DNA of 64,000 bases, from the IMG/VR virus record IMGVR_UViG_3300039355_000071; one strand, 5' to 3'. A model generated the notes under the pieces. It worked only from the letters and a program-made list of their open reading frames with translations. It did no database searches and was not told where the DNA came from. A program made the position numbers and the translations under genes. Within the stretch, counting starts at the first letter, position 1. Every line of letters starts with the position of its first letter. Below are positions 18,622 to 27,950 of the stretch, piece after piece. Origin of the DNA: a virus.

Positions 18622-18858
18622 ATGACTAATGGCATTAAAGAGAAAGACATTCGTGATATGCAAAAATGCTTTGATAAAATGAGATATATTCTAAAAAGGA
18701 TTCAGGTATATAATCCTGAAGCACAAATTATTTGTATTGAAAGTGATACAATAGCTCTAGTTAATTTCAATGGTGAGTTTATTGATTCAGCTCCACAAAT
18801 AAAAGATGAACATATTGTTGCAAGTCAAGACATACCAGCAATGGATAACTATTGTTAA
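18622..18858 (+). CDS. hypothetical protein (78 aa)
   Basis: RBS GGGGAGGGTGA. Confidence 0.45.
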   Translation: MTNGIKEKDIRDMQKCFDKMRYILKRIQVYNPEAQIICIESDTIALVNFNGEFIDSAPQIKDEHIVASQDIPAMDNYC

Positions 18859-19009
18859 AAGAAATGACGATTTCATCGGGAAGGGAGATATTAATATGAC
18901 AAATTATTCAAAATTTGAAGGTAAAATTATTCGAATGAATAAACCTTATCCGATTACAAATGATGAAGATGAAATTTTAGGATATACATAAGTTGGTGAT
19001 ATGGCGGTT

Positions 19010-19273
19010 ATCACTTTTTCTGAACTTAAAAACAAAATTGGATATAGAAAAGTGGCAGATATTTCAGACGAATTAGGTATAGTCATTCCATTTGATACAG
19101 GGAAAGAGGAAGGATATTTTGAAACGGTTATAGTATCTGGGAAATTTATTGGAGTTGATTCTTTAGCATTAGATTTAACTGATATAAAGGAATCTACTTT
19201 TATATTCAATAACAAGGATAAAAATGGAATAGCAGTTATAGATAATAGAGAAATTAATTACGAATATATTTGA
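19010..19273 (+). CDS. hypothetical protein
   Basis: ATG at 19010 inside the track ORF. Confidence 0.35.
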   Translation: MTFSELKNKIGYRKVADISDELGIVIPFDTGKEEGYFETVIVSGKFIGVDSLALDLTDIKESTFIFNNKDKNGIAVIDNREINYEYI

Positions 19274-19289
19274 TAATCCAAAGAAAAAT

Positions 19290-19372
19290 TGCTTTCTTGT
19301 TGAAAGCAAATCAAATATAGAAATGAGTATTAGAAGCAGAAATCAACTGCTTCTTTTTTGTTGCAAAAAAAT
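19290..19372 (+). terminator. two tandem Rho-independent terminators
   Basis: TTGCTTTCttgtTGAAAGCAA, then GAAGCAGaaatcaaCTGCTTC followed by TTTTTTG. Confidence 0.65.
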
Positions 19373-19381
19373 GAGGTGATG

Positions 19382-19684
19382 AATATGTGTAAACGACATG
19401 ACAATACAAACAGATCAAGTGAATTTATCTGTTTAAGATGTCTTAGTAAAAATCAAGTTGGTGATAAAATGCGTAGACCGAATATGAGAGAAAAAGATCA
19501 TGTAAAAAACTTGTGTTGTCTATGTACAAAGTTGCAAATGAGAACTAAAAATCTTGAAGTTAGGTGGTGCGATGATTTTGACGAGCGTATGGAATACGCA
19601 AAGAAAATTAAACCCAGATATTATGATGAGAATAATGAACTGCTACCTGAATGGCAAACGGAGAATATGTATGTAGGAAAGTGA
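19382..19684 (+). CDS. Cys-rich zinc-finger protein (100 aa)
   Basis: RBS GAGGTGA. CLRCLSKN..CCLCTKL. Confidence 0.45.
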   Translation, partial: NMCKRHDNTNRSSEFICLRCLSKNQVGDKMRRPNMREKDHVKNLCCLCTKLQMRTKNLEVRWCDDFDERMEYAKKIKPRYYDENNELLPEWQTENMYVGK

Positions 19685-19689
19685 GGTTG

Positions 19690-20715
19690 ATGAACATGTG
19701 TTACAAAATAGAAGTACAAAACAAAAATGCTGAAAAGCTTAATATGAAGTTGGATGAGTTAAACGCACCACAGTTTTTAAGAGGTTACTTGAATGAATTG
19801 GAAAGTAAAAGTGGAGCGTTAAATTATTTAGTGGCAATTAAAGATTTTTTACAGTGGTTGATTGAAAGTAATATCATTAATAAAAAATCAATTTCTGAAA
19901 TAGAAGTTTCTGATTTTAGTGACTTACGACCACAAAATATTAGTTCATACCTTAGATATAAAGAAACAAATGGAATGTCACCAACCACAACGGAAACAAG
20001 AAAGAATATTATAAAAAGTTTTATAAAAAATGTATATTCATATAGAGAATGTTTATTGAGAGAACTCTATAACAGTATGGAAGATTTTAGTAAACAAATA
20101 AAATATAAAGGAATATCTTCTAAAAACAACTTAACACAAAAACTTCCAACAGAAAATCAGCTTAATGATATGGAAGAAAAAATAATGTGGAAAAAGGATG
20201 AATGTGTAAGGAATAGAAATATTGCTATTTTTCGTGTCTTAAGAGGAACTGGAATAAGAGAGTCTGAACTTGCTGGCTTGGATTTATCAGATTTGCATTT
20301 AGATGAAAATAATGAATATATTGATCTTAATGATATGTCACATATTATGGTTTTACCAAAAGGATATCAAAGAGAAACTGAAAAAAGACCTGTGTATCTT
20401 ACTGGATCTGCTCTGAAAGCATTAAGAGAATGGTTAGAGTATAGAAATACATTGGATAATATTGTAGACAAAGAAGCTGTGTTCGTAAATAAAAATGGTA
20501 CACGTACAACAGAGAGAAATATCAAACAGATATTTGAGAATTATGGAAATGGTATTACTCCACATATGATGCGACATTATTATGCTAGTATAATGAACAG
20601 AAATGGAAATCTTGCATTTGTTCAGCAGCAGTTGGGGCATAGTAGTGTAAATACAACAGTTAATAATTATGCCAATGGAGCTGTGGGAATGAAAACAGTT
20701 TTGGAGAATATGTAA
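19690..20715 (+). CDS. int: tyrosine site-specific recombinase/integrase (XerC/D-like)
   Basis: TGIRESELAGLDLSDL (Arg box), HMMRHYYAS and LGHSSVNTTVNNYAN (His-x-x-Arg and the catalytic Tyr region). RBS GTGAGG. Confidence 0.8.
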   Translation: MNMCYKIEVQNKNAEKLNMKLDELNAPQFLRGYLNELESKSGALNYLVAIKDFLQWLIESNIINKKSISEIEVSDFSDLRPQNISSYLRYKETNGMSPTTTETRKNIIKSFIKNVYSYRECLLRELYNSMEDFSKQIKYKGISSKNNLTQKLPTENQLNDMEEKIMWKKDECVRNRNIAIFRVLRGTGIRESELAGLDLSDLHLDENNEYIDLNDMSHIMVLPKGYQRETEKRPVYLTGSALKALREWLEYRNTLDNIVDKEAVFVNKNGTRTTERNIKQIFENYGNGITPHMMRHYYASIMNRNGNLAFVQQQLGHSSVNTTVNNYANGAVGMKTVLENM

Positions 20716-20933
20716 TGAAAGTAATAAGCACAAGAGAAATGATAGAGACGCTGCAAAAATACGAAAAGAATTACGGCGTAGGCATAATAATTGGGTTCAG
20801 CAACGAGATCGTTGAACCCAATTATACCATTAAAATAGCTAATAGAAATGAATTTGGATTAATTAAAAATCCACAATATCAACCATTGGAAATACCAATT
20901 TCTATGGTTAGCTTAAGTGAAATATTTATTTAA
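20715..20933 (+). CDS. small protein downstream of the integrase (excisionase-position gene)
   Basis: ATGA overlap with the integrase stop. 72 aa. Confidence 0.35.
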   Translation: MKVISTREMIETLQKYEKNYGVGIIIGFSNEIVEPNYTIKIANRNEFGLIKNPQYQPLEIPISMVSLSEIFI

Positions 20934-21160
20934 TTATTTTGGATAAGTGATTGCATTCTGATATTTGACGACTTGAAAAGTTCATTTGGAGAACATTCTA
21001 ACGCAATGCAAATCTTTTCAAGAGTATCAAATCGTATATTAGTTGTCTCGCAATTATATATTTTATTTATTGCGTTAGGTGCTATACCAGTTTCTTTTGC
21101 AAGCCAATATTGTGTTTTATTTTTATTTATAAGAATGGATTTTATGTCTAGCTGTAACAT
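20930..21160 (-). CDS. XRE-family HTH repressor (cI-like position)
   Basis: TQYWLAKETGIAPNAINKIYNCETTNIRFDTLEKICIALECSPNELF. Divergent from the toxin-gene promoter. Confidence 0.7.
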   Translation of the reverse strand: MLQLDIKSILINKNKTQYWLAKETGIAPNAINKIYNCETTNIRFDTLEKICIALECSPNELFKSSNIRMQSLIQNN

Positions 21161-21226
21161 ATTTTACCTCCTATACATTTTTGTAAATAGATTATCATAA
21201 AATATTATATTTTACAATAATATATC

Positions 21227-21255
21227 TTGACATATATCATTTGCAGGTATATAAT
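21227..21255 (+). promoter_or_regulatory. consensus sigma-A promoter for the MazF-like gene, with flanking inverted repeats
   Basis: TTGACA, 17 nt, TATAAT (a perfect match). TTGTAAA..TTTACAA inverted repeat just upstream. Confidence 0.65.
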
Positions 21256-21306
21256 GCATAGTATCAAAGGTAATCCATTACATAAATATAAGAGAGGAGG
21301 ATACAT

Positions 21307-21687
21307 ATGGATTTACAAAGATACGATATAATTAAGGCAAACGTAAAATATGAAGGTGGATCAGTCCAAACAAAAGAACGTCCATATGTTATCGTGTCGA
21401 ATCCGATTGGAACAAAACACGCTACGATAATCACAGTGATGCCTTTGACTTCAAAAATAAAGAAATTGAATATGCCAGTTCACGGTTGTATTAATGCAGA
21501 TGATAAAAATGGATTGACAGAATATTCAATGCTACTTGGTGAACAGTTAATTACTATTTCAAAAGAAGAAGTAATTAACAAATTAGGAACTGTTACAGAT
21601 GAAAAAGAGAAAAAGTTAATTGATAAGGTTTGTTTTAATTCTTTATTTTTTGGAACAGAATATAGACTAGAGGAGGTAACTGCGTAA
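21307..21687 (+). CDS. mazF: MazF/PemK-family endoribonuclease toxin homolog
   Basis: KERPYVIVSNPIGTKHATIITVMPLTSKIKKLNMPVHGCI..EYSMLLGEQLITISKEEV aligns along its length with NdoA/MazF (RPVLVIQND..PT.IVAAITSQ..K..LPTHV). Confidence 0.7.
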   Translation: MDLQRYDIIKANVKYEGGSVQTKERPYVIVSNPIGTKHATIITVMPLTSKIKKLNMPVHGCINADDKNGLTEYSMLLGEQLITISKEEVINKLGTVTDEKEKKLIDKVCFNSLFFGTEYRLEEVTA

Positions 21688-21941
21688 TGTATGTAAGTAA
21701 AGAAATGGCAAAAAAGATTATTGATGAAGCACCTGGAAAAATTTGGATAGATTCATTTAATGGACTTACATTTATTCATACAAAACCAAGACAAATCAGT
21801 ATTGATGAAGGAAAGAATATGATAAATAATGCATCTACAGTTGATTATCAAGACAATGAAATCTTCGGAAGATTATGTTTGGAGGGAATTCAAGAACTAA
21901 TGATACACAATATAAATTTTCCGCTTAAACTTAGAGAATAA
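21687..21941 (+). CDS. hypothetical protein (84 aa), translationally coupled to the MazF-like gene
   Basis: TAATG overlap. Confidence 0.4.
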   Translation: MYVSKEMAKKIIDEAPGKIWIDSFNGLTFIHTKPRQISIDEGKNMINNASTVDYQDNEIFGRLCLEGIQELMIHNINFPLKLRE

Positions 21942-22018
21942 ATGTCCATTTTATCGGACTGAAAATGTGATAAATATATTTACAGAGCAAAAAAGCAAAC
22001 ACACGTTCGAAAAAACAG

Positions 22019-22047
22019 TTGACAAAAACAAACATACGTTCTAATAT
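22019..22047 (+). promoter_or_regulatory. promoter of the same family as P1-P3, upstream of the tRNAs
   Basis: GTTGACAAaaACAAACATacgttc then TAATAT. 17-nt spacer. Confidence 0.5.
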
Positions 22048-22264
22048 TGTTCTTGTAAAACAAAAAAGATAGAGTTAAGCGGTGCTGGAACACCAAATGC
22101 TCAACTCTATCCAACCAATACATACAACAGCATAAGCTATCGTAAGGCAGAACAAAAGTTCTACGTTAAATTATAATACATAGATTTTCTTTGAAAGTCA
22201 AGTGGTTCGAGTATTTCTGCTTTAAAAATCCATTTTTTACAATTTAATATGGAAAATAACTTAT

Positions 22265-22336
22265 AGGGCATTTGCCAAGCGGTAAGGCACAGGATTTTGA
22301 TTCCTGCATTCACCAGTTCGAATCTGGTATGCCCTG
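22265..22336 (+). tRNA. tRNA-Gln (anticodon UUG)
   Basis: Manual cloverleaf. Acceptor AGGGCAT/ATGCCCT. Anticodon stem CAGGA/TCCTG with loop TTTTGAT. T arm ACCAG-TTCGAAT-CTGGT. 72 nt. Confidence 0.85.
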
Positions 22337-22593
22337 CTATGTAACATTCCACCCGGTATGTTTCAGAACGCAGATTTAAAATCTGTAAGCGCAGACTGTA
22401 AGCTGCGTAAGTTCTTATGGAGAATAACTCACTAAAGAGTTACATAGTCAACAGTTCGTTTCTTGATTTAAAATTTGTTGGCAAGCCTAGCGGTCGGCTA
22501 GTTGTGGATTACAGGTCACATTAATTCTTGTAAAGCTTTGTCCACTTACGGATGTATCCAATGTCAATACCCGTCAGTCTTGGCATTGGTTAT

Positions 22594-22667
22594 GGATCAT
22601 TAGCTCAGTTGGTCAGAGCAACCGGCTCATACCCGGTAAGTCGTAGGTTCGAGTCCTATATGATCCA
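22594..22667 (+). tRNA. tRNA-Met (anticodon CAU; elongator, initiator or Ile-lysidine type not resolved)
   Basis: Acceptor GGATCAT/ATGATCC. D arm GCTC-AGTTGGTCA-GAGC. Anticodon loop CTCATAC. T arm GTAGG-TTCGAGT-CCTAT. 74 nt. Confidence 0.85.
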
Positions 22668-22691
22668 TTACAAAATAATAGTAGAAGGGAG

Positions 22692-23309
22692 ATGAATGTA
22701 TTGGCTCAATATGTTATTACTGATGGAACTCGCTGGGTTATGCGTGACAGAAATAATAAATACGTTCCAACATCTAATGAAGCACTTGCTGATGTATTTG
22801 GAAATAAAGAAGCTAATTCTGTGTATCAAAATAATTTACCAAAGGCATTGAAATCGGTCTTTCATATTCAGAAAATCGACACGCCACCAAAGTTGGTAAA
22901 ACAAATCACACATGCAGAAGTGCAAGAGAATACAGAAACGGTGTCAGTTGCAGAAAATATCCAATATTGGATGGATAAGATATCTGGATTAAACGGACTT
23001 GCTTCTGAAGCATTACATAGAAAAGAAGAATTGATTAATCAGTTAAGCGAAGTTGATAAGGAGCTTTGTGACATAAACCATTACATAGAATTCTGTAACC
23101 TTAATGCAGCACAAGGCTATAAGGCATACAAAATGATAAAAGATAGGAGAGTGAAAAGGAGAAGTATTAAGAATGAGTTAGATGTTCTAAATGTTATTCT
23201 TGGAAAGAAGATATCTGAATCGGTAAGTGATGAATTACAAAAGATGATTAACGGATTAGATGGAAGAAAATATGAACCAAGAGTTATGAATGAACTGTTC
23301 GATTTTTAA
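22692..23309 (+). CDS. hypothetical protein (205 aa)
   Basis: ORF after the tRNAs. RBS AGAAGGGAG. Confidence 0.45.
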   Translation: MNVLAQYVITDGTRWVMRDRNNKYVPTSNEALADVFGNKEANSVYQNNLPKALKSVFHIQKIDTPPKLVKQITHAEVQENTETVSVAENIQYWMDKISGLNGLASEALHRKEELINQLSEVDKELCDINHYIEFCNLNAAQGYKAYKMIKDRRVKRRSIKNELDVLNVILGKKISESVSDELQKMINGLDGRKYEPRVMNELFDF

Positions 23310-23323
23310 GCGAGGTGATGAAA

Positions 23324-23512
23324 ATGATTATTTGTAGAAATTGTAACACTCCAATGGAAAATGTAATGTCATTCTCGAAAGATAAGAATGAGAAATTTTC
23401 ACGATGTCCCAAATGCTTTAGTGAAACAAAGTACACAAATATACAAGTTGGTGAATTGACTTTTGGAGAGTATTTACATAGAGAATTAAATAAGAAGGGA
23501 CATATAAAATGA
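23324..23512 (+). CDS. zinc-ribbon protein
   Basis: CRNCNT..CPKCFSE. RBS GAGGTGA. Confidence 0.45.
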   Translation: MIICRNCNTPMENVMSFSKDKNEKFSRCPKCFSETKYTNIQVGELTFGEYLHRELNKKGHIK

Positions 23513-24165
23513 TAACAAAAGAAACTATGTTAATCATTAAATCCAATCAAAAAATGTTGGACATCATTAATACATACATGCAGGATGACATGAAAAAGTT
23601 AAAACCAATATGTCATAAGGTTTGGGAAGGGAAAGTTAGCACAAGCGAATACGAGGATTTATATGATGTAGCAACGGATTGTCTTATAGAATCAGTTGTT
23701 CAATATGATCATTCAAAGTCTTCTTTTAAGACTTTTCTTACTGGAAATATTATGCGAAAGACAAGCACATGGATAAGAGATAATAAATATACTCTTAAAT
23801 CAAGTAATCTGGAAAGAGATAAAAATGGAAAGATCCTACGGGATGAGGATGATATTCATAAAAGACCTAAAAGAATTGAGAATATATCACTAGATGATCC
23901 AATGGAAGATGGTGGAGACTTAAAAGAAATGATACCTGGTACATTTAAAAATCTGTATGATGAATTATTTTATGAAGATTTAAGTGATATTAAGATACGA
24001 AATTATTTAAGCAAACTATCAGATATTCAAAAAGAAATTTTATCATATTTGATAAAAGGTTATGAAACTAAAGACATACAAGAGTTATTACATATTTCTA
24101 AAAAAGATTATGGTAATCATATAGCAGCTATTCAGGCTTATGAAAACGTTAGAGAATTAATGTAA
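23509..24165 (+). CDS. phage-encoded sigma-70-family sigma factor
   Basis: Region-2-like FKTFLTGNIMRKTSTWIRDN. Region-4 HTH EILSYLIKGYETKDIQELLHISKKDYGNHIAAIQAY. Confidence 0.6.
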   Translation: MITKETMLIIKSNQKMLDIINTYMQDDMKKLKPICHKVWEGKVSTSEYEDLYDVATDCLIESVVQYDHSKSSFKTFLTGNIMRKTSTWIRDNKYTLKSSNLERDKNGKILRDEDDIHKRPKRIENISLDDPMEDGGDLKEMIPGTFKNLYDELFYEDLSDIKIRNYLSKLSDIQKEILSYLIKGYETKDIQELLHISKKDYGNHIAAIQAYENVRELM

Positions 24166-24183
24166 AAATGGGAGGAATTTATT

Positions 24184-25590
24184 ATGGCAAAGAAAGTAAG
24201 GGAACAAGCAATCGCATTATCTTCATATTTAAAAAGTGTAAATAGTGAAGATATATCGGAGAATCAGGATGTACAGAGAATGTTTTGTTGGGACAATCCG
24301 GCAATAAATGAACTTATTGTTACTGTACTTACAGATGATTACATTCCTCCTATTATTCTTGGCGAAGAGGAGCTTGGTGGAGATTTAACACAACAATATA
24401 TTGTTGATGGTATTCAAAGAACTACAGCTTTAAATAAGTTCCGTCATATGAATTGGAAAACAACAAAATCATTTGAAAATAGTGTTATTCAGTATCAAGC
24501 GAAAATGAGGGATAGTGAAGGACATCTTATCAAGGATAAAGATGGTAGTATTCTTTGGGAAAATCGGGAGTTTGATATTAAAAATAAAACTTTCGAACAG
24601 TTACCAGATGAACTTAAGAAGAAATTCGATGATTATCAGATTCGTATTGTAATTCATCAAAATTGCACTATGCAGGAAATAAGCAAGCTTGTAAGACGTT
24701 ATAACCGCAACAAGAGTATGGGTTCAAACCAGAAGGCTCTAACATGGATTCCTACATATGCAAGAAAAATTAAGAACATTGCTAATAACGAGTTCTACAA
24801 AAATTGTGTTTCTTACTCAAAGTCAATGCGTAAGAACGGTACATACGAGCAAACAGTTGCAAATTCTGTGATGGCAACATTTCATCTTAATGATTGGAAA
24901 AAGACACCAAACGATAGAAATGAGTACCTTGAAGAGAACTCTTCGTTTGATGAATTTGAAAAGGTAAATGAATATGGAAATCGTATTGCAAAAGTTTGTG
25001 GAAACAAATTTCAGAATATATTCGTATTTAAGGATATTCTTTGTTGGATTGCAACATTCTACAATTTTACAAAATTTGGACTCAAAGATGAGAAATTCGC
25101 AGAGTTTGTAAATGCTCTTGTAAATGAATTACATGGGAAAGTAGTTGGTGAATGGAGTTATGACATGCTTGATAAAGAAGCTGGTACATCTGATAAAAAG
25201 ATTATTCAAGCCAAAATTGAAACATATACCACTTTAATGATGAATTATTTACATATTAATCCAGAAACAGCAATAGAAAATTCAGAAGAAACAACTCTTT
25301 CTTTTGTTCAGGAAAATGCAAATCCTGACGCTACAGAAGAGGATATTGAGTTTTACAGAGATATGGTTGAGGATTGCGTAAGGGTGGACGAGCCTGTATA
25401 TCAGCAGTGTGAAAGGGCTGTAATTGCTATTATGGCTTATGCTTGTATGAAAGAACAAGATGAGGAATTTGAAAAATGGATTCAGAGATATAAAAATCAG
25501 ATAAATTTCAGTCCTTCACAGAAAACAAATTTTACATATATGAAAAATAGTTTTGATAAATATGTTCAGAAAGGAGCTAGTGGGAAATAA
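24184..25590 (+). CDS. DUF262 (ParB/Srx-fold, GmrSD N-terminal-like) domain protein
   Basis: YIVDGIQRTTALNKF matches the DGQQR signature of DUF262. 468 aa. No HNH/DUF1524 C-terminal nuclease motif seen. Confidence 0.5.
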   Translation: MAKKVREQAIALSSYLKSVNSEDISENQDVQRMFCWDNPAINELIVTVLTDDYIPPIILGEEELGGDLTQQYIVDGIQRTTALNKFRHMNWKTTKSFENSVIQYQAKMRDSEGHLIKDKDGSILWENREFDIKNKTFEQLPDELKKKFDDYQIRIVIHQNCTMQEISKLVRRYNRNKSMGSNQKALTWIPTYARKIKNIANNEFYKNCVSYSKSMRKNGTYEQTVANSVMATFHLNDWKKTPNDRNEYLEENSSFDEFEKVNEYGNRIAKVCGNKFQNIFVFKDILCWIATFYNFTKFGLKDEKFAEFVNALVNELHGKVVGEWSYDMLDKEAGTSDKKIIQAKIETYTTLMMNYLHINPETAIENSEETTLSFVQENANPDATEEDIEFYRDMVEDCVRVDEPVYQQCERAVIAIMAYACMKEQDEEFEKWIQRYKNQINFSPSQKTNFTYMKNSFDKYVQKGASGK

Positions 25591-25642
25591 AAGATAGCAC
25601 AATTTATGTAGATGAAATGAGCATTTAGATAGGAGTGATTAT

Positions 25643-25822
25643 ATGCGTATAAAAGATCTTATAGATAAGTCAAAACACATTCAGTTTATTTGGATTCATA
25701 ATCATGGTGAATCGAAGTTAGCTGAGATTAATGAACTTACTGAAAAAGATTTATCTTATAAATTTGAATGGTTTGAGATTACAGAATATCATGGGAAACC
25801 TTGTATTGAATTTAATTTGTAA
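25643..25822 (+). CDS. small hypothetical protein (59 aa)
   Basis: RBS AGGAGTGA. Confidence 0.4.
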   Translation: MRIKDLIDKSKHIQFIWIHNHGESKLAEINELTEKDLSYKFEWFEITEYHGKPCIEFNL

Positions 25823-25864
25823 TAGGAATAGGAAATTTATTATCAAGATGTTGGGAGAAATATT

Positions 25865-26038
25865 ATGTCAGATAAAGAAAGTTTAGAATCAATTTTGAAT
25901 GGTTTTGATTCACTATTATTAAAAGATGTTGAAAAGGAATTATATTGTGATCGAATGACTTTTCAAGAACTTAGGGAATGGCAGAAAAACATTCAAGAAA
26001 TTAATATTAGGCTTCATAAGTTATTATAATCAGAAAAT
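25865..26038 (+). CDS. small hypothetical protein (57 aa)
   Basis: RBS GGGAGAAATATT. Confidence 0.35.
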
Positions 26039-26184
26039 TTGGAGGAAAAGAAAATGATTCAGTTAAAAGATATGAACGAAACTTTATCAACAAAAACAGC
26101 CAATTAGACTGGTTTATCCTACAGGTGAAAGTAATATAGCGAATATTTGGAATTTTGAAAATTAGAATTTAAGGAGGATGAAAA

Positions 26185-26427
26185 ATGAAATACAGTATTG
26201 AGACAACAGAAAATGGTGTAAATGAAATATTAGAGGTAGATGGAAATTTATATAAAAAAGAGTGGTGCAGAGAGGAAAGCGGTATTTTTAGATGCAAACA
26301 AAAAAACTTTGCAGATCAAATGGAAAATGATGGATATGATAACGAACCATTACTTGAAAAAATTGATGAAGTTTTTGATAGCTTCCTTGCTAGTTCAGTT
26401 GACGATATAAGAGACTACTTAGATTAA
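26185..26427 (+). CDS. hypothetical acidic protein (80 aa)
   Basis: RBS AAGGAGGATGA. Confidence 0.45.
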   Translation: MKYSIETTENGVNEILEVDGNLYKKEWCREESGIFRCKQKNFADQMENDGYDNEPLLEKIDEVFDSFLASSVDDIRDYLD

Positions 26428-26584
26428 TAAATTTCAGAGGCAAAGAAAACATGGCATGGTATGCGCTTTATAAATGGTATAGGGATTGGAGCAGAATAGG
26501 ATACCCTAATATGATTAGATGGTATTCCGAAAAGTTGAATCCACCAAAATTTACAATATTAAAATTCAAGTGAGGTAGAAGTAA

Positions 26585-26800
26585 ATGGAAGTGTCGGAAA
26601 AATTTGAAAATATCATTTGTCCTGTATGTTCCGGGAATGGAAAAATACAACATTCAAGACAAATAACATTTGATGAAGATGAATATTGGGAAGAAAAATG
26701 TAGTTATTGTAATGGAAAAAGAATAGTAAAGAGAAGAACTTTAATAGAAGATTTGCAAGTAGAAGAGTTGATAATAGATACAAATATCCATGTTTGCTAG
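26585..26800 (+). CDS. zinc-ribbon protein
   Basis: CPVCSGNG...CSYCNGK. Confidence 0.45.
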   Translation: MEVSEKFENIICPVCSGNGKIQHSRQITFDEDEYWEEKCSYCNGKRIVKRRTLIEDLQVEELIIDTNIHVC

Positions 26801-26877
26801 AATAATGAGTCACTTTTTCTTTGCATAAAGGAAAGAGAACATTTATTGCTCACATGAACTTTGCGATGAGGTGAAAA

Positions 26878-27090
26878 ATGAGAACGCAAGATATTATAAA
26901 TAAAATTAATTCAAATCAACAATTAAATCAAGACGAACTTCAATTTATTGCGATGATGTGGAGTTCAACTTCATTAATCAGAAATGAAAAATATAATTCA
27001 AATAGATGCCCAAAATGTAACGAGGTAATAATGTATAGAAGTTACCATTATTGCCCAAACTGCGGAAAGAAAGTAAAAATAGTCGTGTAA
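26878..27090 (+). CDS. zinc-ribbon protein
   Basis: CPKCNEV..CPNCGKK. Confidence 0.45.
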   Translation: MRTQDIINKINSNQQLNQDELQFIAMMWSSTSLIRNEKYNSNRCPKCNEVIMYRSYHYCPNCGKKVKIVV

Positions 27091-27128
27091 CTGGCGAAGA
27101 ACTTGAGAGATGATTAAGAGGTGAAAAT

Positions 27129-27305
27129 ATGTCAAAATTAAAAGACATATCAAATTATGAAGACGATATATTAGAAATATTTCATACAAAATTTAGCGAT
27201 CTACCTTCAAAATATTTATCTGATGATGGAAGCGCATTGTTTACAAGCACTGAAGCATTGATGGTATTGGAAGATACATTGAATTGTATTTTTAAAGATA
27301 AATAA
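27129..27305 (+). CDS. small hypothetical protein (58 aa)
   Basis: RBS AGAGGTGAAAAT. Confidence 0.4.
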   Translation: MSKLKDISNYEDDILEIFHTKFSDLPSKYLSDDGSALFTSTEALMVLEDTLNCIFKDK

Positions 27306-27336
27306 ATTCTCTTTCTTTGGATTGTGAGGTGAAAAT

Positions 27337-27708
27337 ATGCAAATAAATATTAGTTATACATTATATACAGACGGGGATTACAGTTTAATGAATGCCGAAG
27401 ATTTTGGTTGTACTAATAGAGATGTAGTAGTTAATGATTTTGAATATTATGATTATGTTGGCTCTATGGAATTTAAATATGAAGAAGAGTGGCGTTGTAA
27501 AAGCGAAGCAAAAAATTTTCTTTGGAGATTTTTATGTGATGGAATTCATATATCTTATACACATCCTTGGTTGCTTAAAGATTTTTATGACATTATGGAA
27601 TCTTTAGAGAATGTCATTAATGAATATCAAGAGGGAATATCTGTAGCCAAAAGGCATATAACAGGTAACTATGATGGAACAGAAATTAAAATAGAAATAT
27701 CGAAGTAA
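27337..27708 (+). CDS. hypothetical protein (123 aa)
   Basis: RBS TGTGAGGTGAAAATATG, a repeat shared with the next gene. Confidence 0.5.
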   Translation: MQINISYTLYTDGDYSLMNAEDFGCTNRDVVVNDFEYYDYVGSMEFKYEEEWRCKSEAKNFLWRFLCDGIHISYTHPWLLKDFYDIMESLENVINEYQEGISVAKRHITGNYDGTEIKIEISK

Positions 27709-27734
27709 AGTTCTTTGGACTGTGAGGTGAAAAT

Positions 27735-27908
27735 ATGTTAAATAGCGATTTTAAAGGTCGTAAATGTTCAGGGTGTGGTGAGTGTAAACATGCGGATCAC
27801 GATAAAATGAAATGCTATCCTGAATCAGAAGATTGTAAGAGTGAATATGATTTAACGGAGGAAGATTTTAACAAAGAGGCAAGATGTGATTTCTTCCATC
27901 ATAAGTAA
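27735..27908 (+). CDS. small Cys-rich protein (57 aa)
   Basis: Identical upstream context TGTGAGGTGAAAATATG. Confidence 0.4.
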   Translation: MLNSDFKGRKCSGCGECKHADHDKMKCYPESEDCKSEYDLTEEDFNKEARCDFFHHK

Positions 27909-27950
27909 AAGACAAATAAAGTTCGATTTCTTGAGAAGAGAGGTAAAGTA

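Noticed and set aside
22337-22593. Possible third tRNA or suppressor tRNA between tRNA-Gln and tRNA-Met
   Set aside because: There are two small hairpins (CAGATttaaaATCTG, CGCAGactgtaagCTGCG) but no GTTCRANTC T-loop, no 7-bp acceptor pairing and no cloverleaf. No anticodon can be assigned.
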